From Vicugna vicugna (Eukaryota), in assembly GCA_013265495.1 (NCBI GenBank), contig MU062090.1:3039679-3103678 (forward strand): DNA of 64,000 bases, written 5' to 3'. The notes beneath the pieces are model-generated. The model did not search any database. It had not been told where the DNA came from and saw only the letters and a list, made by a program, of their open reading frames with translations. The position numbers and the translations under genes are program-made. Below, in pieces: positions 26,271 through 39,383 of the stretch (within the stretch, counting starts at the first letter, position 1; each line of letters begins with the position of its first letter).

Positions 26271-28008
26271 GTTTCCCAGAAAACTCACTCAATTAGCTTT
26301 CTAGACTGAGTTTAGTATGTTTAGATCTTAGGCTAAGTACCTTTGCGAGCTCGATTTTGAGTTTGCTGCCGTTCAGTGCCGCCGGAAGACCCTTTGCCTG
26401 CTTCCTACTTCCTCCTGCCCACTTGCTGATGTCACATGGGTCTTGTTGCTGTCAGTCAGCCCTTCCCTTGTATTTCGGAGTTCACAGGTTACCTTACTAC
26501 TTTCATAGTAGATAATTGTTGTGCATTTGTTGTGGTGCTGGTTACTGTTGGAGGATTAGGTAGATTCAAAACTGCACCACTGCCACTTTAATCTTGTACA
26601 GGAATTGTCACATTTTTAATTTCCAGAAGTTCCTTTGTTCTCTGGATTTCCCGTTTCCTTACATCTTCTGATTCTTGGTTCACGCACCATACATCATCTT
26701 TTAACTCCCTAAGTATACTAGTGATTTTAAAAATTCTTTTCTTCTCCTTACATTGTCCTTATTTTCTCCAAGTTCCCTTTTTTCTTACCGTTTGTGCATC
26801 TCATTTTCATGTCTGAGTCTTTCTCCAGCTATCTTGAGATCTTTGGCCCTCTAAGCATATACAGAACTAGACGTTACGTTGGGAGCTCTGTGTATATACA
26901 TAGGACCTGTCAATCAGTGGGCTTCTCTGTAACTGCTTGGGCAGCAACAGATTCATCTAGCTGAGGGACTCCACACAATCAATATCTGTTGGTTTTTTCT
27001 CTTGGGTTGGTCAGCTTCCCAGATAGGTGTCCTCCAACAAGACTCTATTAGGTGGGGGAAGAGGGTGATTAAGCTTGGTTGCCAGTAAGTTCTCAGAGGA
27101 ACTGAAGAGGGGCTAGGGAGGGATCTCATGGTTTGATACACAGATTTCACTCAGCCTCCCTATCCAATAAGGCACCCAAACATGACCAGTGTCTCTGAAT
27201 CCAAATCCTCTGTGTTTCAATCTGTCCTGAAAATAAACTTTCTGTTTTTTCTAGGGTGGGGACGAGGGAAGTCTCCTGTCTGCCCGGGGGTGAGAAATGG
27301 AATTTAATAGTTTATCTTCTTACACTTTTAAACTAATCATCTTGTCTTCAGCCCTACCCACCCATATCCACCTCTTCCTTCAGAGTTACCTGGTACAATT
27401 ACTGGTTCACTTACTAAATTCTGGGGATTCTGAAATTTGAAAAGGTTGTTCCCCCAACCTTTGCAGGCACTTGAATATAAAGTCAGATAAATACATCCTC
27501 ATGCTTGATAGATTCCAAAATTTTGTTGGCATCTATCCAGTTCTCTTTATCCTTACAGATTTATGATGTGGTTTCTTCCTTCAATTCTTTAATTGTTTGA
27601 ATGGGGTTCAAAAGGCATGGAGATAAACACGTTTGTTTTACCTTTGCCATCTTTTTAACAGAAGTTTTGTCATCCTTTTGATAAATCCTTTGATAAATAA
27701 ACTGAGAATAGTAATGTTAACTAAAATGCTAGAAATATACCTACTTTAATGTTTTCAAGACAAGAGTTCTGAATAGGCCTGAAGTAAACCCATCAGACAT
27801 GTAACAAGACTGCATGCCACCAGAATGTTTTACAACTCAGTGATTGAAGTAGGTTTTCTAAAATTACCTAAAATTTTTATTTATTCTTATTAAAACCTGT
27901 TTAGGCATGGAGTTTCAAAAATCATGTGTACATGTACATACATAAGAAGAAAAATAAAAGCAGAACTTGGTTAAGGTATTCCTAAAAATCTTTACATTTA
28001 GAGTCCTT

Positions 28009-28140
28009 NNNNNNNNNNNNNNNNNNNNNNNNNNNNNNNNNNNNNNNNNNNNNNNNNNNNNNNNNNNNNNNNNNNNNNNNNNNNNNNNNNNNNNNNNNNN
28101 NNNNNNNNNNNNNNNNNNNNNNNNNNNNNNNNNNNNNNNN
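28009..28140. other. Assembly gap
   Basis: Run of N. Confidence 1.
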
Positions 28141-28194
28141 ATTGTTGGGCAATAGATTTCCAGAATTTTTTCATCTTACAAAACGAAAACTCCG

Positions 28195-28335
28195 AGGGGA
28201 GGGTATAGCTCAAGGGGTGGAATGCATGCCCCACATGCATGAGGCCCTGGGTTCGATCCCCAGTACTCCTTTAAAAAAATAATAATAATTAAATCAATAA
28301 ACTTAATCACCTCTAATCTTGCCCCCCCAAAAAAC
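28195..28335 (+). mobile_element. tRNA-derived camelid SINE inserted in an L1
   Basis: GGGTATAGCTCAAGGGGTGG...GGTTCGATCCCCAGTAC head; AAAACTC on both sides. Confidence 0.85.
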
Positions 28336-29204
28336 CTCAACTAAAACTCTGTACCCATTAGACAGCAACTCCCCATTTCCTCCCCACCACAGCCTCTGGC
28401 AACCACGGTTCTACTATCTGTTTCTGTGAATTTGACTACTTTATATACCTTAAGTAAGTGGAATCAGAGTATTTGTCTTTTTGTGATGGCTTTTTTTCTC
28501 TTGTGTCCACAAGTTTCATTTATGTTGTAGCACGTGTCATGCCTTTTAATGAAGAAAGTTTTGTGGAGAAAGAAAAGAAATTTTAATAAAGTAAGTTCTG
28601 TGGACAAATATTTTAATGAAGTCAGTTTCGAAGAGAAAGAAAAATGCATTTCCCTTTAACAAGCAACACTGAAAATGTGAGTCACTCTGAAACAGTGGAT
28701 CAAAAATTTGAAGGCCTTTGAAAGCATTCCTCAAAAAATTTAAATACATATTAAGCCCAAACTTAGGAGGGCAAAGAAAAAAAAAGATATCTTTCAATTC
28801 TGCAAACAAATTAAAATCACTTAAGTGCAAGAGACATAACATGTCGAATATTTATTATCCTGGGGGTTTCATGGCAAATAATCCCACCTGCTGGTAATAC
28901 TGTAAGTATCAACAGTGACTACTCATATGCCAGCATTAGTTTTCCCAAAGGGCTCGTAAGAGAATGCCTCCTCCCCTAGGAGAAGAGGCAAAGTCCCAGT
29001 TTTTAGCTGCTGTGGGCTGGCTGTCATGTGATCAGAACATTTGCCCAAGTTCAGTTTCCAGGGTTTGCCCTCACAAAGTAAAACGCAGTGCAGAAACAAG
29101 ATTTGTGGAAGCTAGTCTTAAAGCTTGAATTGGTTTGGGAAGCCTAAGAACCTGTTAAAGTTTGTTTGTAAAGAGGAACTTCCCAAATACATTGGAAGCG
29201 GGGA

Positions 29205-29326
29205 TAATTAGATTTTATTTATTTATCTATGTATTTTTATTTTACTTTTAATGGAGGTACTGGGGATTGAATCCAGGCCCTTGTGCATGCTAAGCACATG
29301 CTCTACCACTGAGCTATATCCTCCCC
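29205..29326 (-). mobile_element. tRNA-derived camelid SINE
   Basis: Reverse complement of the same head and tail; ATACATTG flanks both sides. Confidence 0.85.
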
Positions 29327-30300
29327 TCTCCAGATACATTGTGAAAAAAATTTTCTGAAGCATGAGCATGGTCACCTACTGCTCAGCCCACCGAGTATTA
29401 AGAAACAGGCAGATGCATTCCCCCGACACTCGCAAGTCTGCCTTCTTCACGCTTGCTCTTTTTCTGATTCTCTAGTAGCCTCTCAGTTGCTTCCCTCCCT
29501 TGCTTTCCTCTCCTTTCTGCCTTCCGTATTTTGTTTCCTGTTCTGTTCCCTTGAGTCCTGCGTAGTTGCTGGCCTTCCCTGGCTCCCCAGCCCTTCCTGT
29601 CTGCTCCATAGTGCACAGAGAGTCCAGCGGGGTGTCACAGCTGGGGGGGGGTTTCTCTTGGGTAAACCACCATATCCTGGAACACCATCCTGCAGTGTTT
29701 TCTTAAAACTTGGGAGCTGAAGTCACAGCATTTAAGCAGGGAGAAAAGGTGAAACCATTTACGCTGGCTAGCTCACCAGAGAATGGCTGTGTATAAATCT
29801 CCAAAAGGTGAAATTGAGTGGAAATGACTACGGAGGTAAGTCTAGGGTCGGGGCCAGAGGACCATCTAAAAGAAAAGGGCACCTGGGGTGATGGTGGCAT
29901 CAGGATGGGCAGCCAGGGCTGCTGGTTGTGGCTGGATTCACGAGCTCTCTTTCCCACCTAACCTACTGAGGCTGGGTCAGCTGTGGGGCAGTGGCTGGGA
30001 CAACTGTCTAGTTCCACTGCTGTGTATTCCTGGGTAAATTAGAGCTGGATCTATCTAATTTGAAAAAAGAAAAGGAAAGAAAAAGAAAAGGATACCCAAT
30101 TGTGACTTCCAAAAAAGTACTCTGGGTGCATGGGACATTCCACCCCCAGGCATCAAGGTGGGCTCTGCAAAGTTATTTTGAAAGTCCCCTGTGTGCAAAC
30201 TGTTTCTTGAACCATTCTAGAATATAGTATCACAGAAAGACCTATTTTATAGGGAGGAAGCCATGAATATTATAATTTCAAGAATATCTATTAGGCTAGA

Positions 30301-30667
30301 AAGGGAAAAATACCACATGATATCACTTATCTAAAAAATATGGAATCTAAAAAAATAAAAAGAAGACACTAATGAACTCATCTACAAAACAGAAACATGC
30401 TCGCAGACATAGTAAACAATCTTATGGTTACTGGGGTAGGAAGGGATACATTTGGGAGATTTGCAAATATTAAGTAATAAATGTAAAATTAAAAAAAACC
30501 CTACATTTCTTCTGTATAGCACAGGGAACTATATTCGGTATCTTATAATAACCTTTAATGAAAAAGAATACGAAAATGAATGTATGCAAGTATATGCATG
30601 ACTGGGAGGTTATGCTGTACACCAGAGACTGACACATTGTAACTGACTATACTTCAATTGAAAAAAA
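30301..30667 (+). mobile_element. 5'-truncated L1 with A-tail
   Basis: L1 3' UTR ending TATACTTCAATTGAAAAAAA; CTATTAGGC repeated on both sides. Confidence 0.85.
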
Positions 30668-32679
30668 CCCAACCTATTAGGCCCTGGACTAAGGACAGAA
30701 TCTAAATTTTATTAACAGAATCTAAAATTCTATTTATAGTTTTATCCCTTTAGTTTAACTTTTTAACCCTCCCTTAAAATGTAAGCAAATCCCCGGAAGG
30801 ATAATAGAGTGACCCTTATGAATCTGGAGCCTCAAATCACGCCAGGCCTGCCCCTAACCTCCATGACCTACATCCTTCGCTCCAGGCAAACTGGAATTCA
30901 CTCCTAGAGCCAGCCCCAGGCTCCTAAAGGCCTTCATGCCTGAAAGCTTTTGAGCCTGTTTTTCCTGCCTGGGTCGCTTCCCTCCCTTTCCTCTTTTTGG
31001 CTCTCTCAGTTCTTCAAAATCCAGGCAATGTCACTCTCTGTTCAAAGGCTGTGCTCCAAGCCAGACTTAATCCAACTAGGGGTTCCCTGACTACGTGGAT
31101 CTCTCCTTCCTGATGGCCCTTGTAATCACTGGCATCTTTCCACCAGCTTAAGACTTCATCAATGACATGAACTGGGTCTTGTTCTCTACTGAATCTCCTG
31201 ATTTGGTAAGAATATCTGGCCCATGGTAATTTCTGTTTGTGGAGTGAACTAATTCTTTACTGTCAATGTGTTTTTAATGGAGTAGGGGTGCAGAGCTGGA
31301 GTAGAGAAGGTAAATATGCCAAGAGAAGAAAGTAAAGAGAGGAGGCTGGGGTCACTGGAGGCAAACTCCTCTAGAGGACAGTTTTGCAAAACGCCAGACA
31401 GCTTAGAGGCAGGCCAAGTCCTCTTATTCTCTCTCTCTTAGAAGGTCACTCTAGTTGATAAACACAGCATTTATCTAAAGTTCAGAGTTCTAAGTGTTGT
31501 TTTGCAAATCATATAACAGGCTTCTCTTTTTCATTTTAATTTAGGTGTGTTTACATTACATCAGACATTTCCAGATACAGAAAGCAGTTCTACAGCTCTT
31601 AAAAATATTCACTAAATGTATAAAATTAACAGCTGAATACGAAATAAAGCAATATTTAGTGGTGACAGTGTTCTCCCAGTAGCAAATGATCCAACTTATT
31701 ATTTAATACTGACAACTAGATAAAACATTATCATGTTAAGCATTGCAAATTACCGAAATTACACAGAGAAAAAAGATAAATGTATCGACTGCCATCGAAA
31801 GCTCAAAAGAAGCTATTAATAAAAATACTGGCTCTCGAATGGCTCTGACAGAGCTAAGCTCCAGTATTTTTTCTGGGTTTGTTTGATTTTTTTTTTTTTT
31901 TTTTTGGTGTGTGTTTTGTTCCTAAACCACGTGAAAAATTTTAAAACATATAAAATATTGTAGCTTTCTGAAGAGACACAAACTAAAATTATGCTTAAAA
32001 ATCTGGTTTACTTGGATAATTTCTGCTGTGTGGCATTAGTAAATATATATATATATATAATCTCAGCTCTTAATAGCACTGAAGTTCCTTGTGTGTGAGC
32101 AACAAAGGTATTCAAAATCCTGATTGCTGTGACAAGCTCCTTATTTGTACGCCCAGATGGCATCCTGCCCTTCGGTGATGATATCTTCCACTTACTGGCC
32201 CTATGTGACCAATTCCAGGGAAAAAAAATGGGATAGGACTTGTCTTTCTATATATTTTCTAAAAGTTATTATAACCATTGCATTAACTGTATGCTCCCAA
32301 TGTTCATTAAAACAAAAACCAAATCAAAACCTTTTTACCTTTAGTAATCACTAGGAAACCTTTACGTATTTATATAATACATTGTCCATACTGTTTAAAA
32401 CTAATAATAAATCAAAATTAATTGATTAAAAAAGGTAGCTCTCATTGACTGCTGAAATTTAAAATGTATTAACACACTTAATGCAATCGCCAAAGTGATG
32501 TTTAATGAGCTGTATCTCACATAATAAAATAGGGCAAAGTTTAAAACTCAAATTTGCTTTGGATTTGTATCTGCTACCATCTGTTGGTTCCCGGATCCTG
32601 GGTTACATAATTCTTATTTTTACGTTAAACATTACCAGCAATAAAAACAGGAAGAAAAGGGGAAACAAAAACGCGCGTA

Positions 32680-32792
32680 GGAAAGTTAGGATTTCACACA
32701 GGCTTGACAGCCTTATTTTCTTCTCAGAAATCCTAGAAAACAGAAAACCACAGGAAGTTGTCTTATTTGAGAAAGACTCCCTTCAACTTATT
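32680..32792 (+). promoter_or_regulatory. LRRC31 proximal promoter/5' UTR with GAS/STAT-type (TTCTCAGAA, 32721-32729) and ETS-type (CAGGAAGT) motifs
   Basis: Motifs seen immediately upstream of the exon-1 ATG; function is inferred only. Confidence 0.4.
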
Positions 32793-32991
32793 ATGAGTGA
32801 AACAGGGAAAAAAAGTTCCTCAGAGGGAGAAAAGAAACAAAAGTCCAGACTTCATTTGTCGACAAATTCCTCAGGGGCTCAAAACTCAAGTCCCCCAAAG
32901 CTGAAAGTGGAAAAGAGAGCAATGAATGACCTTAAAACAAGTGATTTTCAAATCAGTGAGGAGACACTGAAGGCAGCCTCCTTAGACCCTG
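32793..32991 (+). pseudogene. LRRC31: LRRC31 exon 1 coding part
   Basis: MSETGKKSSSEGE...NDLKTSD matches human MSQTRKKTSSEGE...NDLKTSD. The middle segment matches human only in a shifted frame (QTSFVDKFLRGS...AESGKESN). The homologous donor appears to be the weak G|GTCAAC at 32991/32992; a second donor CAG|GTATTT lies at 33009/33010. Confidence 0.85.
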
Positions 32992-34141
32992 GTCAACTTC
33001 TGACTGCAGGTATTTCTTTATTTTTTAAAACAATGTTCTCCCCTAAAGAGATCACATGGGTTAAATTAAACCTAATGCTTTGAGTCTCTGTTCTAAACAT
33101 TTATTTTGTTTCTTAAATTATTTAAATAATTTGCTCATTTTACTTTTTAATTATCAAAAGTAATATAATATTACAAAAAGGTTTAGAGAAGATAACTTAC
33201 TTCCTTTCATTCTAACACAAATGGTCATTTCTTCAAGCTTCTTTTCAGTCTTTTATTCATATGCCTGCATTTGTGGCCAATCAACCAGTCAACTAACACT
33301 GAGCACCTACTCTGTGCCGGCCACTGTTGTTAGAAATATAGCCAAGAAAAACAGGACCCTGTGTACACGAAGAACCAAAGGCAGGCATAATTTCAGTGTG
33401 ATAAGTCATACAAAGAAAAATAAAGCAGACTAAGGAGACAGTGATGGGTGAGTTGGGGGTGCTATTTTAGATGAGGTTGGAAGGAAGGGGTCTCTGATTT
33501 GTTGGCATTTGAGCAGAGATCTGAATCAAGTCAGCCATGTAGAATGGATGAGTGAAGCCAGCCACATAGGTATTTGTGGGAGCAGCTTTCCAGGCAAAGG
33601 ATCTGTAAATGCAAAGGCCCAAGGTGGGAGTGAGCCTAGGGTGCTTGAGAGTGAGCCAGGATATCAGGGATGCTGAAGCAGGATGAGAGATGGACGAGAG
33701 TCTCCTACTGAGACTATCAGAGAGGTAGCTGAAGCCAGACGGGAAGTCATTTGCACTGTTATAATAGCTTATAAAGCCCTCCTGAGCTTACACGGAGACG
33801 TAATCCCATTTCTGGGACACATTACTGCTCAGCTCTCACAGTGCCACGTGATGTTCAGACGCCTAATTTTAACAGTGGCATAATATTCCATTACATGCAT
33901 ATGCTATCATTATGTAAGTTCCTTTTTTGCCCTTTAGTGAATATCTTTGGCTTTCCCTCTCCCCTATTATCTTCTTCACTGCATTTCAGGTATTTTTAGT
34001 ATAAATTCCCAGAGCAGAGATTATAATTTCAAGGGTTATGAAAATAAATATTACCAATTCTCTCTCTAAAGTTATATGTCATATGCAATGCCAGCAATAT
34101 GTTATCAATTAGATTAAACATATTTTTTAAACACTTGGAGC

Positions 34142-34270
34142 TTTTTTCTTTTTGGTGGAGGGAGGTAATTGGGTTTATTTATTTATTTTTGGTGGAGGTA
34201 CTGGAAATTGAACCAAGGACCTCATGCCTACTAAGCATGTACTCTACCACTTAAGCTATACCTTCCCCCC
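34142..34270 (-). mobile_element. tRNA-derived camelid SINE
   Basis: Reverse complement of the same family sequence. Confidence 0.85.
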
Positions 34271-34699
34271 AAACATTTTAAACTTTTATGCAAACATACA
34301 AAAGAGAGAACCATATAAGGACTCCCATGATCACTTCTCTCTAACGATTATCAATCAATCTTGTTTCATTTACACCCACCCTCATTTCCCTTGGTATTTG
34401 CACCAAATACTCAAAATAATATCATTTCACCATTAAGCAGATTGAATATATTTTTGGAAATAGAAAGCTAAGAAGTCTGCCTTTAAAGGAGACAGTCTAC
34501 CAGAAAGTTGTTGGTATTTGTTCTAAAGTACGTCTTCGAGCTTCGAGAACATGGTTAATGAATACCTATAACCATGATTAAATTAATAGTGCACGACCGG
34601 CCAGCTGGTTATCCCAGCTGGGTGACACCGGCCGCTTAAGCCATGCGTTGCTTCTCTATTTCCATTTCTTCTCAAATTCAGTGGCTCCTGGAGTCACGT

Positions 34700-35450
34700 T
34701 AATCCTGTCCCACAGTTGGCTCTGGGACCTTGTTCTGCCTCTCCATGGCTATCCTGGCTTTCCTTGTCTCTTGCCTGGACCACTGCCACCACTTCCCAAC
34801 TGGTTTCTCTGCTTGTAGTCTTGCTCTCTTTCCAACCTGTCCTCCACACTGCCTCCGGGTCCTCTTTCTAAACCACAGACACCATGATGTCTCTCATTTG
34901 CTTAAAATCCTTCAGCGAGTCTTTCTTGCCTTGAAGAGAAAGTCTGTACCCTTAAGCATGGTCGTCAAGGCATTTGTGATAGGTTGAACATCTCTTCATG
35001 ACCTCTGCCTTTCCCTAACCTCACATTCATCCTCTGTCCTGACATTCTGATACTTGCCATTTCTTGAACTGGTCACGTTCTGCCAAAGTGGTTCCCTGTG
35101 CCTAGAAACACCTTTCCTTGTGTTGCCACACTCCCTCTGCTCTCCTTCCCCGTTCATCTCTCCCTTATGTCCACCCACCTCACTGACTCCCACTCATCCT
35201 TTAAGGTGCAATTTATCCACCACTTTCACTTGGAAGCTTGCTGAGAGCCACCCACCAGACCTGAGGTACTCACTGTCACTACCAGCGGTCACGCTGCACC
35301 CGTTGCATGGCTCCACCATTGTACTTCCCTCTGTGCTGTGACCATCACTCTCTTGTCGGTCTCCTCCACTGGACAGATAGCTCCTTGACAACAGGAACTT
35401 GTTATCTTGGTTCCCGGACAGCACCACCTATGCAACAAACATGTAATAGC
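34700..35450 (+). mobile_element. L2 LINE 3' region
   Basis: Pyrimidine-rich L2 text (GACCACTGCCACC...CATTTGCTTAAAATCCTTCAG...). Confidence 0.7.
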
Positions 35451-36241
35451 GTGTTATGAGAGCGTTGGGACTTTTGGTTGTGAACAACAGAATCCAACCC
35501 CTACAGGTTTAGCTTGCAGAAGAGCCCGATGAGAAGATACTACTTAGCTCACAGGGTCACCTGGAGAAGCAAGAGCTTGCTTCAGTGGTAATGCAGCCAG
35601 AAAAGGCCCCAAGTCGCTCCACAAAACTGCTCATGTGTGGTCACTTCGCACCCCCCACAGAGAACCAGCCCTCCCACCTCAGCCAGCCTGTAGCAGCTCT
35701 GACTCATCTGTTTGATATTTTGAGCTGTGACATAAATATCCTTTGAAGAAAGGGTTTCATAGATTAAAAAAAAGAAGAAATATATGGTCTGTAAGGAGAG
35801 GTCCAGGGGCTTCATAAATTGGTACTTATATTTATACTTAGGTGTTTTAATAAAGATTTATCACACTGATTTATTTTGGTAATTGAGGAACTGTAAAATT
35901 AATATTCAGTCACTCAGTCAGTTATTTGTTCATTCACCCAATATTTACAAAGTATCCTTCATGTAAAAGGCACTGCAGAGTTCCATCTTCATGACAGGCC
36001 TCGGTAAGTTTAAGACACTATGCTCCTAAGAAATGAACCAGGCAGGAATTATAGTTTCCATTTTATAGATGAGTAAATCAAGGCTCAGAGAAGCTAAGTG
36101 ACTTGCTTACCTGATGAGCCCACAGTTTGAAACAGGTCTTTCAACTGTGCTGCTTGGACTTGCCAATCATATCAAATATTATAGAGCACCCAAGCAGTGT
36201 GTGGTCTGAGAAGAGACTTCTGAATCTGTCAGGTTGTGGGT

Positions 36242-36631
36242 TGTTGGGCTGCACCCCGCCGGCCTGCAAGCCTTGTAGCTGCCTGGCCTTAAGACCGAAG
36301 AAAGAGCCCGGAGACAGTGAGAGAGACATCAGTGGTTCATTGGTTAGGGGACCTTACACAAAGGTCCTGGAGTGACATCCCACCGTGTGCAGCAGCCAGC
36401 CAGCAGAAGCAGCAGTCTTCGCTTCTTGGGAGACAAGGACGCTACTATTTATAGGGAGAATTGAGGTGAGGTGGGCTCATCAGGCACTAATTAAGCCCTA
36501 TAATTAAGAGGATTGGATTCTCATGTGAGTGTAGCTAAGACTGGTTGAGCAGGGGATGCACAGAGAGCCAGAAGACAGTCATCTTGAGTGACCTGACCAT
36601 GCATAGGTCATTGGTGGTGACCTTTGAGAAA
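36242..36631 (-). mobile_element. ERV solo LTR
   Basis: TG...CA ends and a reverse TATA (TATTTATAGG). Confidence 0.6.
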
Positions 36632-36840
36632 CAATTTATTTGGCTAGGTGAACGTGGCAACCAGGTTGTAGAGGGTTAATTGGTGAATGTGATGAAGAAG
36701 TGGCACCAGCGAGCACAAATCATTCTTTCCAAACATTTGACAGTAAAGGAAATGATTGACAGAACTGTGGCTTGAGGAGAAAACAATGAAGGTTTGGTGA
36801 GACTGGAACTTGAGCATGATTGTAGATAGAGACTATGGAG

Positions 36841-37158
36841 ATAAAAAGGCTTAAAAACAAAAGAGACTCATAGACATAGAATACAAAATTGTGGCTGCCA
36901 AGGGAGAGGGGGGTGGGAAGGGACAGACTGGGAGTTAAAGATTTGTAGATACTGTCAGGCATATGTAGAGTAGATAAACAAGATTATACTGTATAGCACA
37001 GGGAAATAGATACAAGATCTTGTGGTAGCTTACAGCAAAAAAAAAAGATGACAATGAATATATGTATGTTCATGTATAACTGAAAAATTGTGTTCTATGC
37101 TGGAAATTGACACAACATTGTAAAATGACTATAACTCAATGAAAAATGTTGAAAAAAA
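36841..37158 (+). mobile_element. 5'-truncated young L1
   Basis: GACTCATAGACATAGAATACAAA...GACTATAACTCAATGAAAAATGTTGAAAAAAA. Confidence 0.85.
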
Positions 37159-39344
37159 GAGAGAGCGAGCAATAAGATACAATGCAGAGAAATTTTTTTA
37201 AGCACAATTTTAAAAAGCACACACACATAATGGGCTTTGGAGAAAGTGCTGGTTTCAAATTCTGACTCTTACTGCTTACTCATTAACAGTCTCTCTGAGT
37301 TTCAGTTTTCAAATCTATAAAATTGTGACCCTCTTGCATTAAGTTTACACAAAAACGCCCTGTACCCACTGGCATCTAAGAGGCAGTCCATCCCATCCAC
37401 AACTCTACTCTGTACCACCCAAAATGAGGGTTGCCAGAAAACAATACCTGCAATATTTGGGACATACTTTTACTAAACAATGATTACTTGTTTACTTGAA
37501 GTTTCAGTTTAATTGGACGTGCTATTTTTATTTCTCCTAAATCTGGTAATCCTACCCAAAATAAAATACCTTGTATCCAATGTACCATAATAAAACTTGA
37601 AGGCCAGAATGAAGAGGTAAACAGTGGGTGGATGATGCTGCCTCCTACTGGTGACATGTGGTAACATCATCCATCTTAGCAACATGTACACCCTGTAGGT
37701 GGCTTTCTTAAAAATAGCAAGCCACCAGACACTGTGGAGGAGAGGTGGAGTTTTCATTGTCCCGCTAATATTTTAGTCTAAATTTACTACTATTGTAATG
37801 CCACTACTTTTCATTTTCAGTGGTGCCAATATATTTCTTTTTCGCTATGTAGTTTTACACTTTTCTGTCAGGATTAGCAGAATGTTACCGCACATTCAGA
37901 ACTTAACGCTTTCCTATCGGATTGCAGTATACTCTTTGGATATGTTTTAATTTGTACGTTTTCACTTGTAAAACTTCTTTAAAGTCACTGTCAGTACACG
38001 CCTATTCATTTTTCCTTACAAAAATATGATGTATTTTAAACCTGTCTTAAATGTTGGGTAAGACACTGGCACAAAAAAAGGAACTCAATAAAATCATAGC
38101 TTTTTATTTTTATTTATTTGAAAGTTTTTAAATTTTAATTCTATCATGTTAGTAGGTAGGGTGTTACTACAGAGGAACCCGATGGGGGTGCCACATAAGA
38201 AGTCCCTAATAACAAGGACAAATGAGGCTTTCTAAGTGTATTCTCCGGCAGGAGTTGAGAAAAAGCTCTCACAGGCACTCCTCTCTCCGGATTTGTCAAG
38301 TGCAGGGTCTCGGAAATGAGCAGCGAATACTTCCCTCGCGCCTTCCCTGTCGCCCTGAAGCTCATCGGTTGTGACTGCGAAGCTCCCGCTTCCTCACCTG
38401 CCTGGTTAGGAGCCCAGGACCTGTGCATTGGCAGCTGGGGTACAAGGAGAATAAATGGTTTACTGATAAGAAAACATAAATCAGGAGACATTTCAACATC
38501 ATTACACCTGTTACAATTGCTTGGTGCAGGATGGCAAGTGCATTCCCTTCCAGTACCGTATGCACTACGGACAACCATGCATGCTTTCTCGCTGATCCTG
38601 GGGATGCCTCGGGGCTACTTAAAGCCACACTCAATTGACCATAAGTAGCATACAAAATGACACCTGTTTATCCCTGGCTTGTGATTTGATAACTCTTGGA
38701 GAATACACATTTTTACCTGGGGCGCCTGGATACCAAAAACCTTAACCATGGAATAGATAACTCGCCGCAGAAGTTCGAGCCCAGCAGTCGACTATGGAAG
38801 AGAGGCTTCTGGACACAGGGGACTTTCCAACACTCTTAACTCATGTTAAATTGACTCCACACACTGAGAATGTACATCTTCCATGTGTGCAGCTCATCAC
38901 CCTATTCCACCCCAAGGCAGTGCAAATCATCCCTAGGGTATGATCTCCCCATCACTTCCCCTGTTCTCTCCCAGCTTCCACTCTGCAGCCCTCAGATGCT
39001 TTCTGGTGTGAAATAGCATCCGAAATGTCAAGTTCCCCCCCAACCCCGCCCCATTGCTCCCTGCTCCATCCCCAAGGCTGCGTCACTGTTATGAGCTGCC
39101 AGTGCCTGATGCTCTCTCGTGAGTTCCTCCCTGCAGTGGTTGGTTTGTTGTATGTGATATTCCTGATGTCAGAGTGAGCGTTTCCTCTGTGGTGGCCGGT
39201 GCCTTGCTTTGCCTCACTTCTACCTTTGGCCAAGCTTCTCAGCAATGCTGATCCCTGGAGAGGGTGGATGAGGGAAAATAGACGGACTGGTACAAATATT
39301 TACAACCACAAAAATAGCTCATAAACACCACCCTACTGACAGGT

Positions 39345-39383
39345 GTTTTTGTTTTGTTTTGTTTTGTTTTGCTTTGTTTTGTT
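39345..39383 (+). repeat. (GTTTT)n microsatellite
   Basis: Direct reading. Confidence 0.95.

Noticed and set aside
20700-28008. Two gaps both preceded by TTAGAGTCC
   Set aside because: A 9-mer coincidence, or a shared repeat or trimming effect; no biological reading is supportable.
32505-32792. 96-aa N-terminal extension of the LRRC31 exon-1 ORF
   Set aside because: Promoter/UTR sequence; similarity to LRRC31 starts only at ATG 32793.
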